DNA of 52,225 nt from positions 1 through 52,225 of IMG/VR virus record IMGVR_UViG_3300017912_000774, one strand, 5' to 3'. Below, piece by piece: positions 32,446 to 40,913 of the stretch (within the stretch, counting starts at the first letter, position 1; every line of letters starts with the position of its first letter). Position numbers and translations under genes: made by a program. The notes beneath the pieces are model-generated. The model was not told the origin of the DNA, searched no databases, and worked only from the letters and a program-made list of their open reading frames with translations. The DNA comes from a virus. Taxonomy: Duplodnaviria > Caudoviricetes.

Positions 32446-34586
32446 CAACAACGTATTTAGACGTAGAGACTACATTTGTGGTGGATGAGAATAGGAGAAC
32501 AGACCCTTCACCATTTAATGCAAATAATAAATTAGTAACAGTTCAATATTCACACAATAATGAACTGCCGCAGTTACATTGGTTTTATCACAAAGACATG
32601 GACGAGATGTCAACTGAGATGGCTGTGGGAGAAGCATTTAATTTAGTACAAGATGTACTAGATAAAACCACTTTACTTGTTGGTCACAATATTAAGTTTG
32701 ACTTGATGTGGCTTTGGGAAAGTGGCTTCACTTATGATGGCAAAGTATATGACACTATGATTGGTGAATATATATTGATGCGAGGTCAGAAGTGGGGACT
32801 GAGTTTGTATGACTCTTGTGTGCGTAGAAAAGTTGCACTGAAGAAGTCTGACTTGACTCACAATTATTTAAAAGATGGTATTGGTTTTGATGCTATGCCT
32901 ATGGACGTTGTTCAAGAGTATGGTTTAGCTGACATAGAATCAACAAAACAATTACACCTTGCACAACAAGAGATATTTAGAAATTCACACAACTCACCGA
33001 TGCGAAAACATCTGAAGTTGATGAATGATTTTCTTCCTATACTCACAGTCATTGAGCGTAACGGAATCAAGATTGACTTCACAACCTTGGACAAAGTGCG
33101 ACTTGATTATGAGAAAGAGCAAAAAGAATTAAAAGCTAAGATGGAAGAAATATGTCGTGAAGTCATGGGGGATACAAATGTAAATTTTGCATCTCCTGAG
33201 CAAGTAAGTCAGTTGATTTACTCACGTAAAGTCATTGATAAGAAGAAGTGGGCAGAGGCTTTCAACATAGGTCTTAATGAAAAGGGCAAACCTTTATTGA
33301 GACCTAGACTGAGTCTTCCACAATTTGCATCAATGGTAAAAGCTATGACCACTCGTGTTCACAGAACAAAAGCACAACATTGTCACAAGTGTCATGGCAA
33401 AGGCGAGTTCTTCAAGATAAGGAAGGACGGACAAAGATGGAAGAAAGCTACTAAATGTCCTGCATGTTTTGGTGCAGGGTTTATTTACATGCCTCTTCCT
33501 AAAATTGGTGGACTCACAATGAATCCAAGAGATATTGGAGATGTGTCTGCTAACGGGTTTGCCACTGATAAAACTACTTTAATTAGACTATTAGCTATTG
33601 CTAAACATAATGGTAACTTAAAAGCACAAGAGTTTCTTAGGTCTACCATAAGACTAAATGCAGTAGATGTTTACTTATCCAGTTTTGTCGGTGGTATATC
33701 TCGCAACACAAGAAGTAATGGTTTGTTGCATCCGAAGTTTAATCAGTGTGTCACTAGGACTACTAGGTTGTCTTCATCAGACCCTAACTTTCAAAATCAA
33801 CCACGAGGTTCAACATTCCCAGTTAGGGCAGTTGTCGTGTCTAGGTTTGATAATGGGTCGATACTACAAGCCGACTATAGTCAGTTAGAGTTTCGTATAG
33901 CTGCTCAACTATGTGGCGATGAAACTATGATTGAAGACATCATGAAAGGTAGTGATGTTCACAAATACACTGCTTCAATTATATTTAATAAGCCTGAAGC
34001 AGAAGTTACTAAAGAAGAACGTACTGAAGCAAAGGCACATACGTTTAAGCCCTTATACGGGGGTACTACGGGTACCCCAAATGAGACCGAATACTATAAG
34101 GCTTTTGTTGATAAGTACCCAAAGCTAGGAAAATGGCATGAGACGTTACAAACTGAAGCTATATCGACTGGTGTTGTTACCATGTATACTGGTCAGCAAT
34201 TTGCTTTTCCAGATACTAGACGACTTGCCAACGGAAATGCATCAGGAGCACCTTCTATTAAGAATTATCCTGTCCAAGGTCTTGCAGGTGGTTGCGTGGT
34301 TCCACTGGCACTTATTCATTTGCAAAATGAGATTGTCAATAAAAGAGTTGCATCTAAGATTATTAATACAGTCCATGACTCGATAGTCTTAGATGTATAT
34401 CCTGGCGAAGAAGAAGTTGTAGCACGTATGACATATGATGCTATGACTAAAGTAGACAAGCAGTTTGAGGAACTTTATAACGTAACTTGGAAAGTTCCTT
34501 TGGCTGTGGATTTAGAAATAGGCAAAGATTGGTTAAATATGAAAGAATATCGCTTGACTAACTCTGCTGAATGTAATATAAATTGA
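32442..34586 (+). CDS. polA: DNA polymerase family A with DnaJ-type zinc-finger insertion
   Basis: Exo DVET/HNIKFD/YGLAD. CHKCHGKG...CPACFGAG insert. Motif A DYSQLEFR, motif B AKAHTFKPLYG, motif C VHDSIV. Confidence 0.95.
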   Translation: MTTTYLDVETTFVVDENRRTDPSPFNANNKLVTVQYSHNNELPQLHWFYHKDMDEMSTEMAVGEAFNLVQDVLDKTTLLVGHNIKFDLMWLWESGFTYDGKVYDTMIGEYILMRGQKWGLSLYDSCVRRKVALKKSDLTHNYLKDGIGFDAMPMDVVQEYGLADIESTKQLHLAQQEIFRNSHNSPMRKHLKLMNDFLPILTVIERNGIKIDFTTLDKVRLDYEKEQKELKAKMEEICREVMGDTNVNFASPEQVSQLIYSRKVIDKKKWAEAFNIGLNEKGKPLLRPRLSLPQFASMVKAMTTRVHRTKAQHCHKCHGKGEFFKIRKDGQRWKKATKCPACFGAGFIYMPLPKIGGLTMNPRDIGDVSANGFATDKTTLIRLLAIAKHNGNLKAQEFLRSTIRLNAVDVYLSSFVGGISRNTRSNGLLHPKFNQCVTRTTRLSSSDPNFQNQPRGSTFPVRAVVVSRFDNGSILQADYSQLEFRIAAQLCGDETMIEDIMKGSDVHKYTASIIFNKPEAEVTKEERTEAKAHTFKPLYGGTTGTPNETEYYKAFVDKYPKLGKWHETLQTEAISTGVVTMYTGQQFAFPDTRRLANGNASGAPSIKNYPVQGLAGGCVVPLALIHLQNEIVNKRVASKIINTVHDSIVLDVYPGEEEVVARMTYDAMTKVDKQFEELYNVTWKVPLAVDLEIGKDWLNMKEYRLTNSAECNIN
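34554..34582 (+). promoter_or_regulatory. Sigma70-type promoter at the end of the polymerase gene
   Basis: TTGACT-17 bp-TATAAA upstream of an AAGGAG RBS. Confidence 0.65.
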
Positions 34587-34614
34587 TTTCCAATATCAAC
34601 AAGGAGTGTAAAAC

Positions 34615-35475
34615 ATGGAAACATTACCAGTTGTAAATTCAAATACAAATTTTGAAGATATCGCTAAACTAATCGGTCAAGAGGAGCCATCTAGTCCTGC
34701 TAGAAATATGTTCTTCTTGAAGATAAACAGAGACCATGAAGATGATGAGGGTAATTCGTTACCTGCAGGTTCTTGGTCTGTGTCGCTACCTGATAAAACA
34801 GTGTATGCAAAAGAGATTGACTTTCAAGTCTTTGTTCAAAGATATCAGTATCTACATTATGATGCTGAGGTGAACGAGATGGTCAACAAATCTGTGATGG
34901 CAAAGAACTTGTATCCACAAACTGAGATACCTGACATGTTAGGTACTTTCAGATGTGGCTCAGTTCCTGCTAGTCAAAGAGAAAGCCTATCAGCAGACAA
35001 AGCAATGCAACAAAAAAATATTAAGTGCTTTCGTATGTTGTTTGGCAAAGCTACTTTTCTCGACGCAGTCGATGAAAAGGGTGCAAAGGTAGAAGACGCA
35101 GTAGAGGTTCCTATCCTTTGGAGAGCAAGGGGTAGTAATTTTATGCCCATATCTGTTCCTATGGACGCTTTAACTGCACAGAAAAAACCTTTTATCTTTT
35201 ACAAACTACACGCTTCTTTGGAAAAGAAGAAGAATGGTGGGTTAGTATATTATGTAGGTAAGTTCGACAATAGCCCTCAACTCGTCGACTTCACTCCAGC
35301 TGACCAAGATACCTTGGGTTACTTTATGGACTACATAAATACCGAGAACACTGCAGTGATGAAGGAATACGATAATGCCTTACGAAAGCAAGGTAAAATG
35401 GTAGACCAAGATGCAGTCACTGTAACCTCGGATGACGTTCTGAATGATGATTTGCCCGAGTCATTGACAGGATGA
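34615..35475 (+). CDS. Putative single-stranded DNA-binding protein
   Basis: 286 aa after the polymerase, acidic C-terminal tail (DDVLNDDLPE), own promoter. Confidence 0.55.
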   Translation: METLPVVNSNTNFEDIAKLIGQEEPSSPARNMFFLKINRDHEDDEGNSLPAGSWSVSLPDKTVYAKEIDFQVFVQRYQYLHYDAEVNEMVNKSVMAKNLYPQTEIPDMLGTFRCGSVPASQRESLSADKAMQQKNIKCFRMLFGKATFLDAVDEKGAKVEDAVEVPILWRARGSNFMPISVPMDALTAQKKPFIFYKLHASLEKKKNGGLVYYVGKFDNSPQLVDFTPADQDTLGYFMDYINTENTAVMKEYDNALRKQGKMVDQDAVTVTSDDVLNDDLPESLTG

Positions 35476-36359
35476 ATACAAAACAAGCCGCTATAGTTTC
35501 GTTCCTTTCAAGAGCGGCTCGTGGGGAGACAGAAATGTCTCCTCACATTATTAATGAATTTGCAGAAAACTGTAAACAAGCATTAAATAAACAATTCAAC
35601 GAAAAAAGAAGTGACTTCAGATTACGAATGAGTAATGTAGGTAAACCACTTTGTCAGTTACAGATGCAAGCCTCAGGGGCAAAAGAAGAAATGCCTAGCT
35701 ATGATTTTAAGATGAGAATGGCTATGGGCGACGTGTTAGAGGCTTTGATGATTGCAGTGATACAAGCATCAGGAATAGAAATAAAAGATAAACATGGTAA
35801 GGTAAAATTACCAATAAATAAAAAAAGTTCAATAGAAGGTGAATTTGATATTGAATTAGACGATGGTATTTACGATATAAAAACTGCATCCCCATTTGCT
35901 TTTGAGAATAAATTTAAGCCTGATGATGCTTATGAAAGAATAAAAGAGTCTGATGCTTTTGGTTACGTAACACAAGGGCATGGATACGGCATGGCTAGTG
36001 ACAAACCATTTAAAGGTTGGATTGCACTCAATAAGTCAACTGGGGAAATAACTATAGCAGAAGCAAAAAATACTAAACAAGAAAGAGAGGATGTATATGA
36101 TAAGATACGACACACTTATAAATCAATATCTAAGCGAAAGGCTTTTCGAAGGTGTTTCACCGATGTCGAGGAAGTCTTTTATAAAAAACCTACAGGTAAT
36201 CGGACCTTGGGGATTGAGTGCAGTTATTGTCCCTACAAGACAAGATGCTGGGAAAACCTCGAGTTCAAAAGACAATTACCAAGCAAAGGAAGAAACCCCA
36301 AGTGGATTTGGTACACCCACATCACCGAAGAGTGGCGTAACCATGACGATTCAGTATAA
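35472..36359 (+). CDS. PD-(D/E)XK (Cas4-like) exonuclease
   Basis: LRMSNVGKPLCQL, GEFD...YDIKTAS, FGYVTQ..GY and CSYCPYK..CW. Confidence 0.85.
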   Translation: MNTKQAAIVSFLSRAARGETEMSPHIINEFAENCKQALNKQFNEKRSDFRLRMSNVGKPLCQLQMQASGAKEEMPSYDFKMRMAMGDVLEALMIAVIQASGIEIKDKHGKVKLPINKKSSIEGEFDIELDDGIYDIKTASPFAFENKFKPDDAYERIKESDAFGYVTQGHGYGMASDKPFKGWIALNKSTGEITIAEAKNTKQEREDVYDKIRHTYKSISKRKAFRRCFTDVEEVFYKKPTGNRTLGIECSYCPYKTRCWENLEFKRQLPSKGRNPKWIWYTHITEEWRNHDDSV

Positions 36360-36606
36360 AGGTACTGATGGCTCTCCTATTGCAAAAATATTTAAGATAA
36401 GTAAAGAGAGAGCAGATGCCTTTATCGAAAAACTCAACAACGAAATCGCTTTTCCGACCCTCGAAACGAAAGGTCAAAAAGTCACCATCCCAGCGGCTAA
36501 CATCACAGAAATCCGTATTGAAGAAGAAGATGTCACCGAGGTCAGCAAAAGCAAAGGGAAGAAAGCTACAGACGTGGGTAGCAGAAAAACTACTAAGTCT
36601 ACTTAA
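36343..36606 (+). CDS. Small hypothetical protein
   Basis: Start reassigned to MTIQYKG. Overlaps both neighbours. Confidence 0.55.
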   Translation: MTIQYKGTDGSPIAKIFKISKERADAFIEKLNNEIAFPTLETKGQKVTIPAANITEIRIEEEDVTEVSKSKGKKATDVGSRKTTKST

Positions 36607-36880
36607 AAGTGTAACTGAGTTGGACATCAAATCCACCCCTATGGGAGTCAATGGAGCCGATGTCCAATTATCTACAGTTGCATATAAACAATTTCCTTAT
36701 AACATAGAGTGTAAAAATACAGAGAGAATGACCACTATATATAACTATTATGAGCAGGCAGTTGGTCATGGTCACTCAGGTGAACCGCTCCTCATTATAA
36801 AAATGAACAGACAAAAGCCATTAGCAATAGTGGATGCAGAACATTTTATGGAGAAGGTAACATGTCGCAAAATCAAATAA
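36530..36880 (+). CDS. Holliday junction resolvase-like endonuclease
   Basis: SAKAKGRKLQ...MGVNGADV...IECKN...EPLLIIK.NR motif. Start reassigned to MSPRSAK. Confidence 0.8.
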   Translation: MSPRSAKAKGRKLQTWVAEKLLSLLKSVTELDIKSTPMGVNGADVQLSTVAYKQFPYNIECKNTERMTTIYNYYEQAVGHGHSGEPLLIIKMNRQKPLAIVDAEHFMEKVTCRKIK

Positions 36881-37113
36881 AATTAAACAATGGCGATTCT
36901 GCCATTATAATCAGACACTTAGACAAAGGCTTTGATGTAGAAATTTATCATAGTCATGATAGAAATTTGTTGACAGAGGAAGACACTATGTTCTATGCTC
37001 TTTTAACAAGGGGTATGGTGCATACTGCAATTAGAGATACAGACCAAGTATTAGAAGATGGTCGGCAAAGTATAGATGAAGAAATAGGAAATTTGAAAGT
37101 AACAATACATTGA
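36862..37113 (+). CDS. Hypothetical protein
   Basis: 83 aa with RBS, coupled to neighbours. Confidence 0.7.
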   Translation: MSQNQIKLNNGDSAIIIRHLDKGFDVEIYHSHDRNLLTEEDTMFYALLTRGMVHTAIRDTDQVLEDGRQSIDEEIGNLKVTIH

Positions 37114-37391
37114 GGCACGTAGAGTATATGAAAATGAGACTTAAGCAAGTAGAAGAAGAAGATATGGTAAATAGCCCTGCTCATTATAATGAGTTTGGTA
37201 TTGAATGTATTGATGCTATACAAGCTGCAACGGGCGATGAATTTAAAAGTTATCTACAAGGAAATATTATGAAGTATTTGTGGAGATACAAATACAAAGG
37301 CAAGCCTCTTGAGGACTTGCAAAAAGCCGAGTGGTATTTATCTCGCCTGATTAATGTGGTGAAAAATGAGGAAATCGAAGATAGCGATTAA
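37110..37391 (+). CDS. DUF3310 (SaV-like) protein
   Basis: VNSPAHY...IECIDAI...GNIMKYLWRY.YK...EDLQKAEWYL. Confidence 0.88.
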   Translation: MRHVEYMKMRLKQVEEEDMVNSPAHYNEFGIECIDAIQAATGDEFKSYLQGNIMKYLWRYKYKGKPLEDLQKAEWYLSRLINVVKNEEIEDSD

Positions 37392-37533
37392 AGTGTCTGC
37401 TGAAGTGGATTCAGAAGAGTTCACACTTGACAAAGAAGAGCTTCCATTTATATTGGAAGAAATGATTGGTGACCTACTACATGAAATAGTTGGGTTACAA
37501 ACGAAAGATGTAACTATAAGGGTATTAAGATGA
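37366..37533 (+). CDS. Acidic microprotein (55 aa, not in ORF track)
   Basis: MRKSKIAIKVSAEVDSEEFTLDKEELPFILEEMIGDLLHEIVGLQTKDVTIRVLR. ATGA overlap with RNR. Confidence 0.65.
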   Translation: MRKSKIAIKVSAEVDSEEFTLDKEELPFILEEMIGDLLHEIVGLQTKDVTIRVLR

Positions 37534-39458
37534 AAAGTAACGTAATTTTACCAACGTATTATCAACAATTTATTCACAAGTCTAGATATGCAAGATGGCT
37601 TGATGATGAAAACAGAAGAGAGGAATGGCATGAAACTGTGGGCAGATATGTAAACTTTATGAGTTCACATCTTTTGAAAAAACACAGTTATACCATACCT
37701 GACAATGTCAAAGAAGAATTACATGAAGCTATACTTCATTCTGAAGTTATGCCGTCCATGAGAGCTATGATGACTGCAGGCAAGGCTTTAGATAGAGACA
37801 ACACTGCAGGATATAACTGTTCCTATTTACCAGTAGATGACCCAAAAGCATTTGATGAAGCTATGTATATACTTATGTGTGGCACTGGTGTTGGCTTCTC
37901 TGTGGAGCGAGACTGCATAAATAAGTTGCCTGAAGTTCCTGGATTATTGTTTGATACAGAAGAAACTATTATTGTTAAGGACAGTAAAGAAGGATGGGCA
38001 AAAGCTTTCCGTAAGCTATTGGCTTTACTATGGGCAGGAGAAATACCTAAATGGGATTTGTCTCTTGTTAGACCTGCAGGTGCTAAACTAAAGATATTTG
38101 GTGGTAGAGCATCAGGACCTACACCTTTGGATAATTTGTTCCGATTCACAGTAAAAGTATTCAAAGAAGCAAAAGGTAGAAAGTTATCTAGTTTAGAGTG
38201 TCATGACTTAATGTGTAAAGTTGGAGAAGTAGTTGTCTCTGGTGGTGTAAGACGTTCTGCTATGATAAGTTTATCTAATTTATCTGACGATAGAATGAGA
38301 CATGCAAAGACGGGAGAGTTTTACAAAACTGAGCCACAGCGACAAATGTCAAATAATTCAGTGGCTTACACAGAAAAACCTGACCCATACACATTTATGA
38401 GAGAGTGGCTTTCTTTGGCTGAGTCTGGTACTGGAGAGAGAGGTATGTTCTATCGTGGGGCGGCTAAGAATAAGGCGGCTGAGAATGGTAGAAGAAATCC
38501 TGAATATGACTTTGGTACTAATCCATGTAGTGAGATTATACTACGTCCCTATCAGTTTTGTAATCTGTCTGAGATAATTGTACGTGGTACTGATACTATT
38601 AAAGATTTAGAAAGAAAAGTTCGCATTGCCACAATAATAGGCACATTTCAATCTACCTTAACTCACTTTCCTTACTTACGTAAAATATGGCACAACAATA
38701 CGGCTGAAGAAAGATTGTTAGGTGTATCTATGACAGGTATCATGGATAACGCTATTACTAATGGCAAAGATAGCAATGATTTAGAAAGTGTGTTAATGAT
38801 ACTTAAAAAGATAGCAGTTGATACCAACAAAGAGTTTGCTGAAGCCATAGGCATACCTCAATCTACTGCGATTACTTGTGTAAAACCATCAGGCACAGTT
38901 TCACAACTCACAGATTCTGCGTCAGGTATTCATGCAAGACATAGTCAGTATTACATAAGAACTGTTCGTGGCGATAAAAAAGACCCACTCACACAATTTA
39001 TGATGGACCAAAACATACCATGGGAAACTGATGGATGGAGTCAAAGTAATGCCGTATTTAGCTTTCCTATCAAAGCACCTGATATGTGTGTCACTAGAGA
39101 TGACATGTCTGCTATTGAACAACTGGAGTTTTGGAAAGTTTATGCGATGAATTGGTGTGAGCATAAGCCATCTGTAACTATATCTGTTGGTAAAGATGAG
39201 TGGCTTGAGACTGGCTCTTGGATATATAAAAATTTTGATATAGCTTCGGGCTTGTCTTTTTTACCAAGAAGTGATATGGTGTATGAACAAGCCCCCTACC
39301 AGGATTGTACAGAAGAACATTATAAGGAGTTTTTAGCTAAGATGCCTGAGTTTATTGATTGGTCAAAGCTTGCTGATTATGAACAAGAAGATAATACTGT
39401 AGGTAATCAAACACTAGCTTGTACAGCAGATAGCTGTGAAGTGGTGGATATAGGTTAA
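37530..39458 (+). CDS. nrdJ: Class II (adenosylcobalamin-dependent) ribonucleotide reductase
   Basis: VMPSMR, YNCSY, GGVRRSAMI, TNPCSEI, CVKPSGTVS and C-terminal LACTADSC. No beta subunit gene. Confidence 0.9.
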   Translation: MKSNVILPTYYQQFIHKSRYARWLDDENRREEWHETVGRYVNFMSSHLLKKHSYTIPDNVKEELHEAILHSEVMPSMRAMMTAGKALDRDNTAGYNCSYLPVDDPKAFDEAMYILMCGTGVGFSVERDCINKLPEVPGLLFDTEETIIVKDSKEGWAKAFRKLLALLWAGEIPKWDLSLVRPAGAKLKIFGGRASGPTPLDNLFRFTVKVFKEAKGRKLSSLECHDLMCKVGEVVVSGGVRRSAMISLSNLSDDRMRHAKTGEFYKTEPQRQMSNNSVAYTEKPDPYTFMREWLSLAESGTGERGMFYRGAAKNKAAENGRRNPEYDFGTNPCSEIILRPYQFCNLSEIIVRGTDTIKDLERKVRIATIIGTFQSTLTHFPYLRKIWHNNTAEERLLGVSMTGIMDNAITNGKDSNDLESVLMILKKIAVDTNKEFAEAIGIPQSTAITCVKPSGTVSQLTDSASGIHARHSQYYIRTVRGDKKDPLTQFMMDQNIPWETDGWSQSNAVFSFPIKAPDMCVTRDDMSAIEQLEFWKVYAMNWCEHKPSVTISVGKDEWLETGSWIYKNFDIASGLSFLPRSDMVYEQAPYQDCTEEHYKEFLAKMPEFIDWSKLADYEQEDNTVGNQTLACTADSCEVVDIG

Positions 39459-39461
39459 AAT

Positions 39462-39665
39462 ATGGCTATTGTTGACAGATTCTATATACAAGGACAACGA
39501 GACTTTTATAGGACGAAGAAGACTAGACGTATTATACATGAGTCCACAAACCCATTTAATCCCTCTTCTTTTAGAGGGAAAGAATGGTTGAGAGGATTTA
39601 ATCATAGTTATTTTAAAAATCTAAGGAGAAACAAAAGTGAGAGAAATGTTACTAGCCGCACTTAA
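39462..39665 (+). CDS. Small hypothetical protein
   Basis: 67 aa, NPF...EWLRGFN motif. Confidence 0.7.
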   Translation: MAIVDRFYIQGQRDFYRTKKTRRIIHESTNPFNPSSFRGKEWLRGFNHSYFKNLRRNKSERNVTSRT

Positions 39666-39876
39666 GTCTTATTATGTAGGATACATAAATAAGCATATTG
39701 CGAATGTAGAAATATACTTAAGCAGGTCAACAGGTATCGGAGAGCACTCAGATATCATAGAGGCTATGGATAAAGAGATAGAGCAGATTGATAAATATGA
39801 CGCACGACTATCTATGATACTTAAGTATTTAGAAAGAAAACAGACAGAGGAAACTACTGAAAGCAAAAAAAAGTGA
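39637..39876 (+). CDS. Small conserved phage protein
   Basis: KHIANVEIYL...GIGEHSDIIEA motif, AAGGAG RBS. Confidence 0.8.
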   Translation: MREMLLAALKSYYVGYINKHIANVEIYLSRSTGIGEHSDIIEAMDKEIEQIDKYDARLSMILKYLERKQTEETTESKKK

Positions 39877-40337
39877 AGCCGTCAGTAAAAGACCGAAAGA
39901 AGTTCGATATTGATTTGAACTATGGTGAGGTCAGAGAAAAACAAGTTGCAGATATGCTTCAGAATAAAAAGATTGAAGTTAAATCTGAAAGAGATATGTG
40001 GCAACGAACTGGCAATATAGCAGTGGAGTATGAAAGTTATGGTAAACCTTCGGGAATCAAAGCAACAGAATCAGATTATTGGTTTCATAACCTATGTATT
40101 GGCAATGAAACCTATGCAACACTTGTTTTTCGGACTGATGTTTTACGTAGTATTATTGACTCTCTTGACTACACTAGAACAGTAAAAGGGGGCGACCACA
40201 ATGCATCAGCGATGTATTTGCTCAATATACAAAAACTATTTTCATCAGACGTAATTAAGGCATTCAGAGAAAGGAACAAGAATGGCGAAGATAGAGAAAC
40301 CTCAGAGCCCAGTGTGGAAAAACGCACAGAGGTATAG
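39873..40337 (+). CDS. PD-(D/E)XK-like conserved phage protein
   Basis: KFDIDL.YG...IEVKSERD.W..TGNIAVEY...GKPSGI..TESDYW. Confidence 0.7.
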   Translation: MKPSVKDRKKFDIDLNYGEVREKQVADMLQNKKIEVKSERDMWQRTGNIAVEYESYGKPSGIKATESDYWFHNLCIGNETYATLVFRTDVLRSIIDSLDYTRTVKGGDHNASAMYLLNIQKLFSSDVIKAFRERNKNGEDRETSEPSVEKRTEV

Positions 40338-40566
40338 GGCTAGATTTTTTGATTCACGTTTTCCTATATGTGGCACACATTTAGTGTACGTTGTGGAGGG
40401 CAGAAAGTGGGCAAGAATATCACAAGGAGACTTAGTTAGTGACAACAACAGAAGTGCACTAGTTAGGTTTAGAATGAATATAAAAGAATGGGAGAAACTT
40501 CCATCAAAGGAAAAGTATGACGATAGAGCTGTGGCAACTATGGCTTCTAATAGCAGTGACAATTAA
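40282..40566 (+). CDS. Hypothetical protein
   Basis: 94 aa, AAAGGA RBS. Confidence 0.65.
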   Translation: MAKIEKPQSPVWKNAQRYRARFFDSRFPICGTHLVYVVEGRKWARISQGDLVSDNNRSALVRFRMNIKEWEKLPSKEKYDDRAVATMASNSSDN

Positions 40567-40633
40567 CACGATAATTAACTTAATAGTATTCTTTAAAGGA
40601 AGAAAAATAAAAGATGTCGATAAAAAGAATTGA
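40517..40633 (+). CDS. Single-TM micropeptide (38 aa, not in ORF track)
   Basis: AAGGA RBS. MTIELWQLWLLIAVTINTIINLIVFFKGRKIKDVDKKN. Confidence 0.6.
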   Translation: MTIELWQLWLLIAVTINTIINLIVFFKGRKIKDVDKKN

Positions 40634-40913
40634 ACTTATAAATGACTTAGATTTAGAGCTTTCATTAACAATGAATGGTATAGGTGCTGTTATTGCACCT
40701 GATAATGAAGACCCTTCCTTTAGTGAATACACCTGGGACGATATTCTAAAGACACTCATAGATAGTCACACGATTGCAGTGTTGAGGAAAAATGATGTGA
40801 GGATTAGTGGTAGCAGTAAAGAGTTTTTGACGAGAGTTGCAGAGCAGCTTCGTTTACAAGCTAGTAAAATAGAAGATAAGTTAAGTGCTATGGAAGTGAT
40901 TAACGAAGGTTAA
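40614..40913 (+). CDS. Hypothetical protein, last gene of the rightward arm
   Basis: 99 aa. Stop overlaps the stop of the convergent 1283-aa gene. Confidence 0.7.
   Translation: MSIKRIELINDLDLELSLTMNGIGAVIAPDNEDPSFSEYTWDDILKTLIDSHTIAVLRKNDVRISGSSKEFLTRVAEQLRLQASKIEDKLSAMEVINEG

Noticed and set aside
35472-36359. Cas4-like nuclease as part of CRISPR-Cas
   Set aside because: Stand-alone PD-(D/E)XK exonuclease in the normal replication-module position.
36091-36529. Long N-terminal extensions of the track ORFs 36091..36606 and 36416..36880
   Set aside because: They overlap genuine genes extensively. Downstream starts (36343, 36530) match motif boundaries.
32442-39458. Inteins or introns in the polymerase or RNR
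   Set aside because: Lengths are ordinary, motifs are contiguous, and no splicing or homing-endonuclease motifs were seen.
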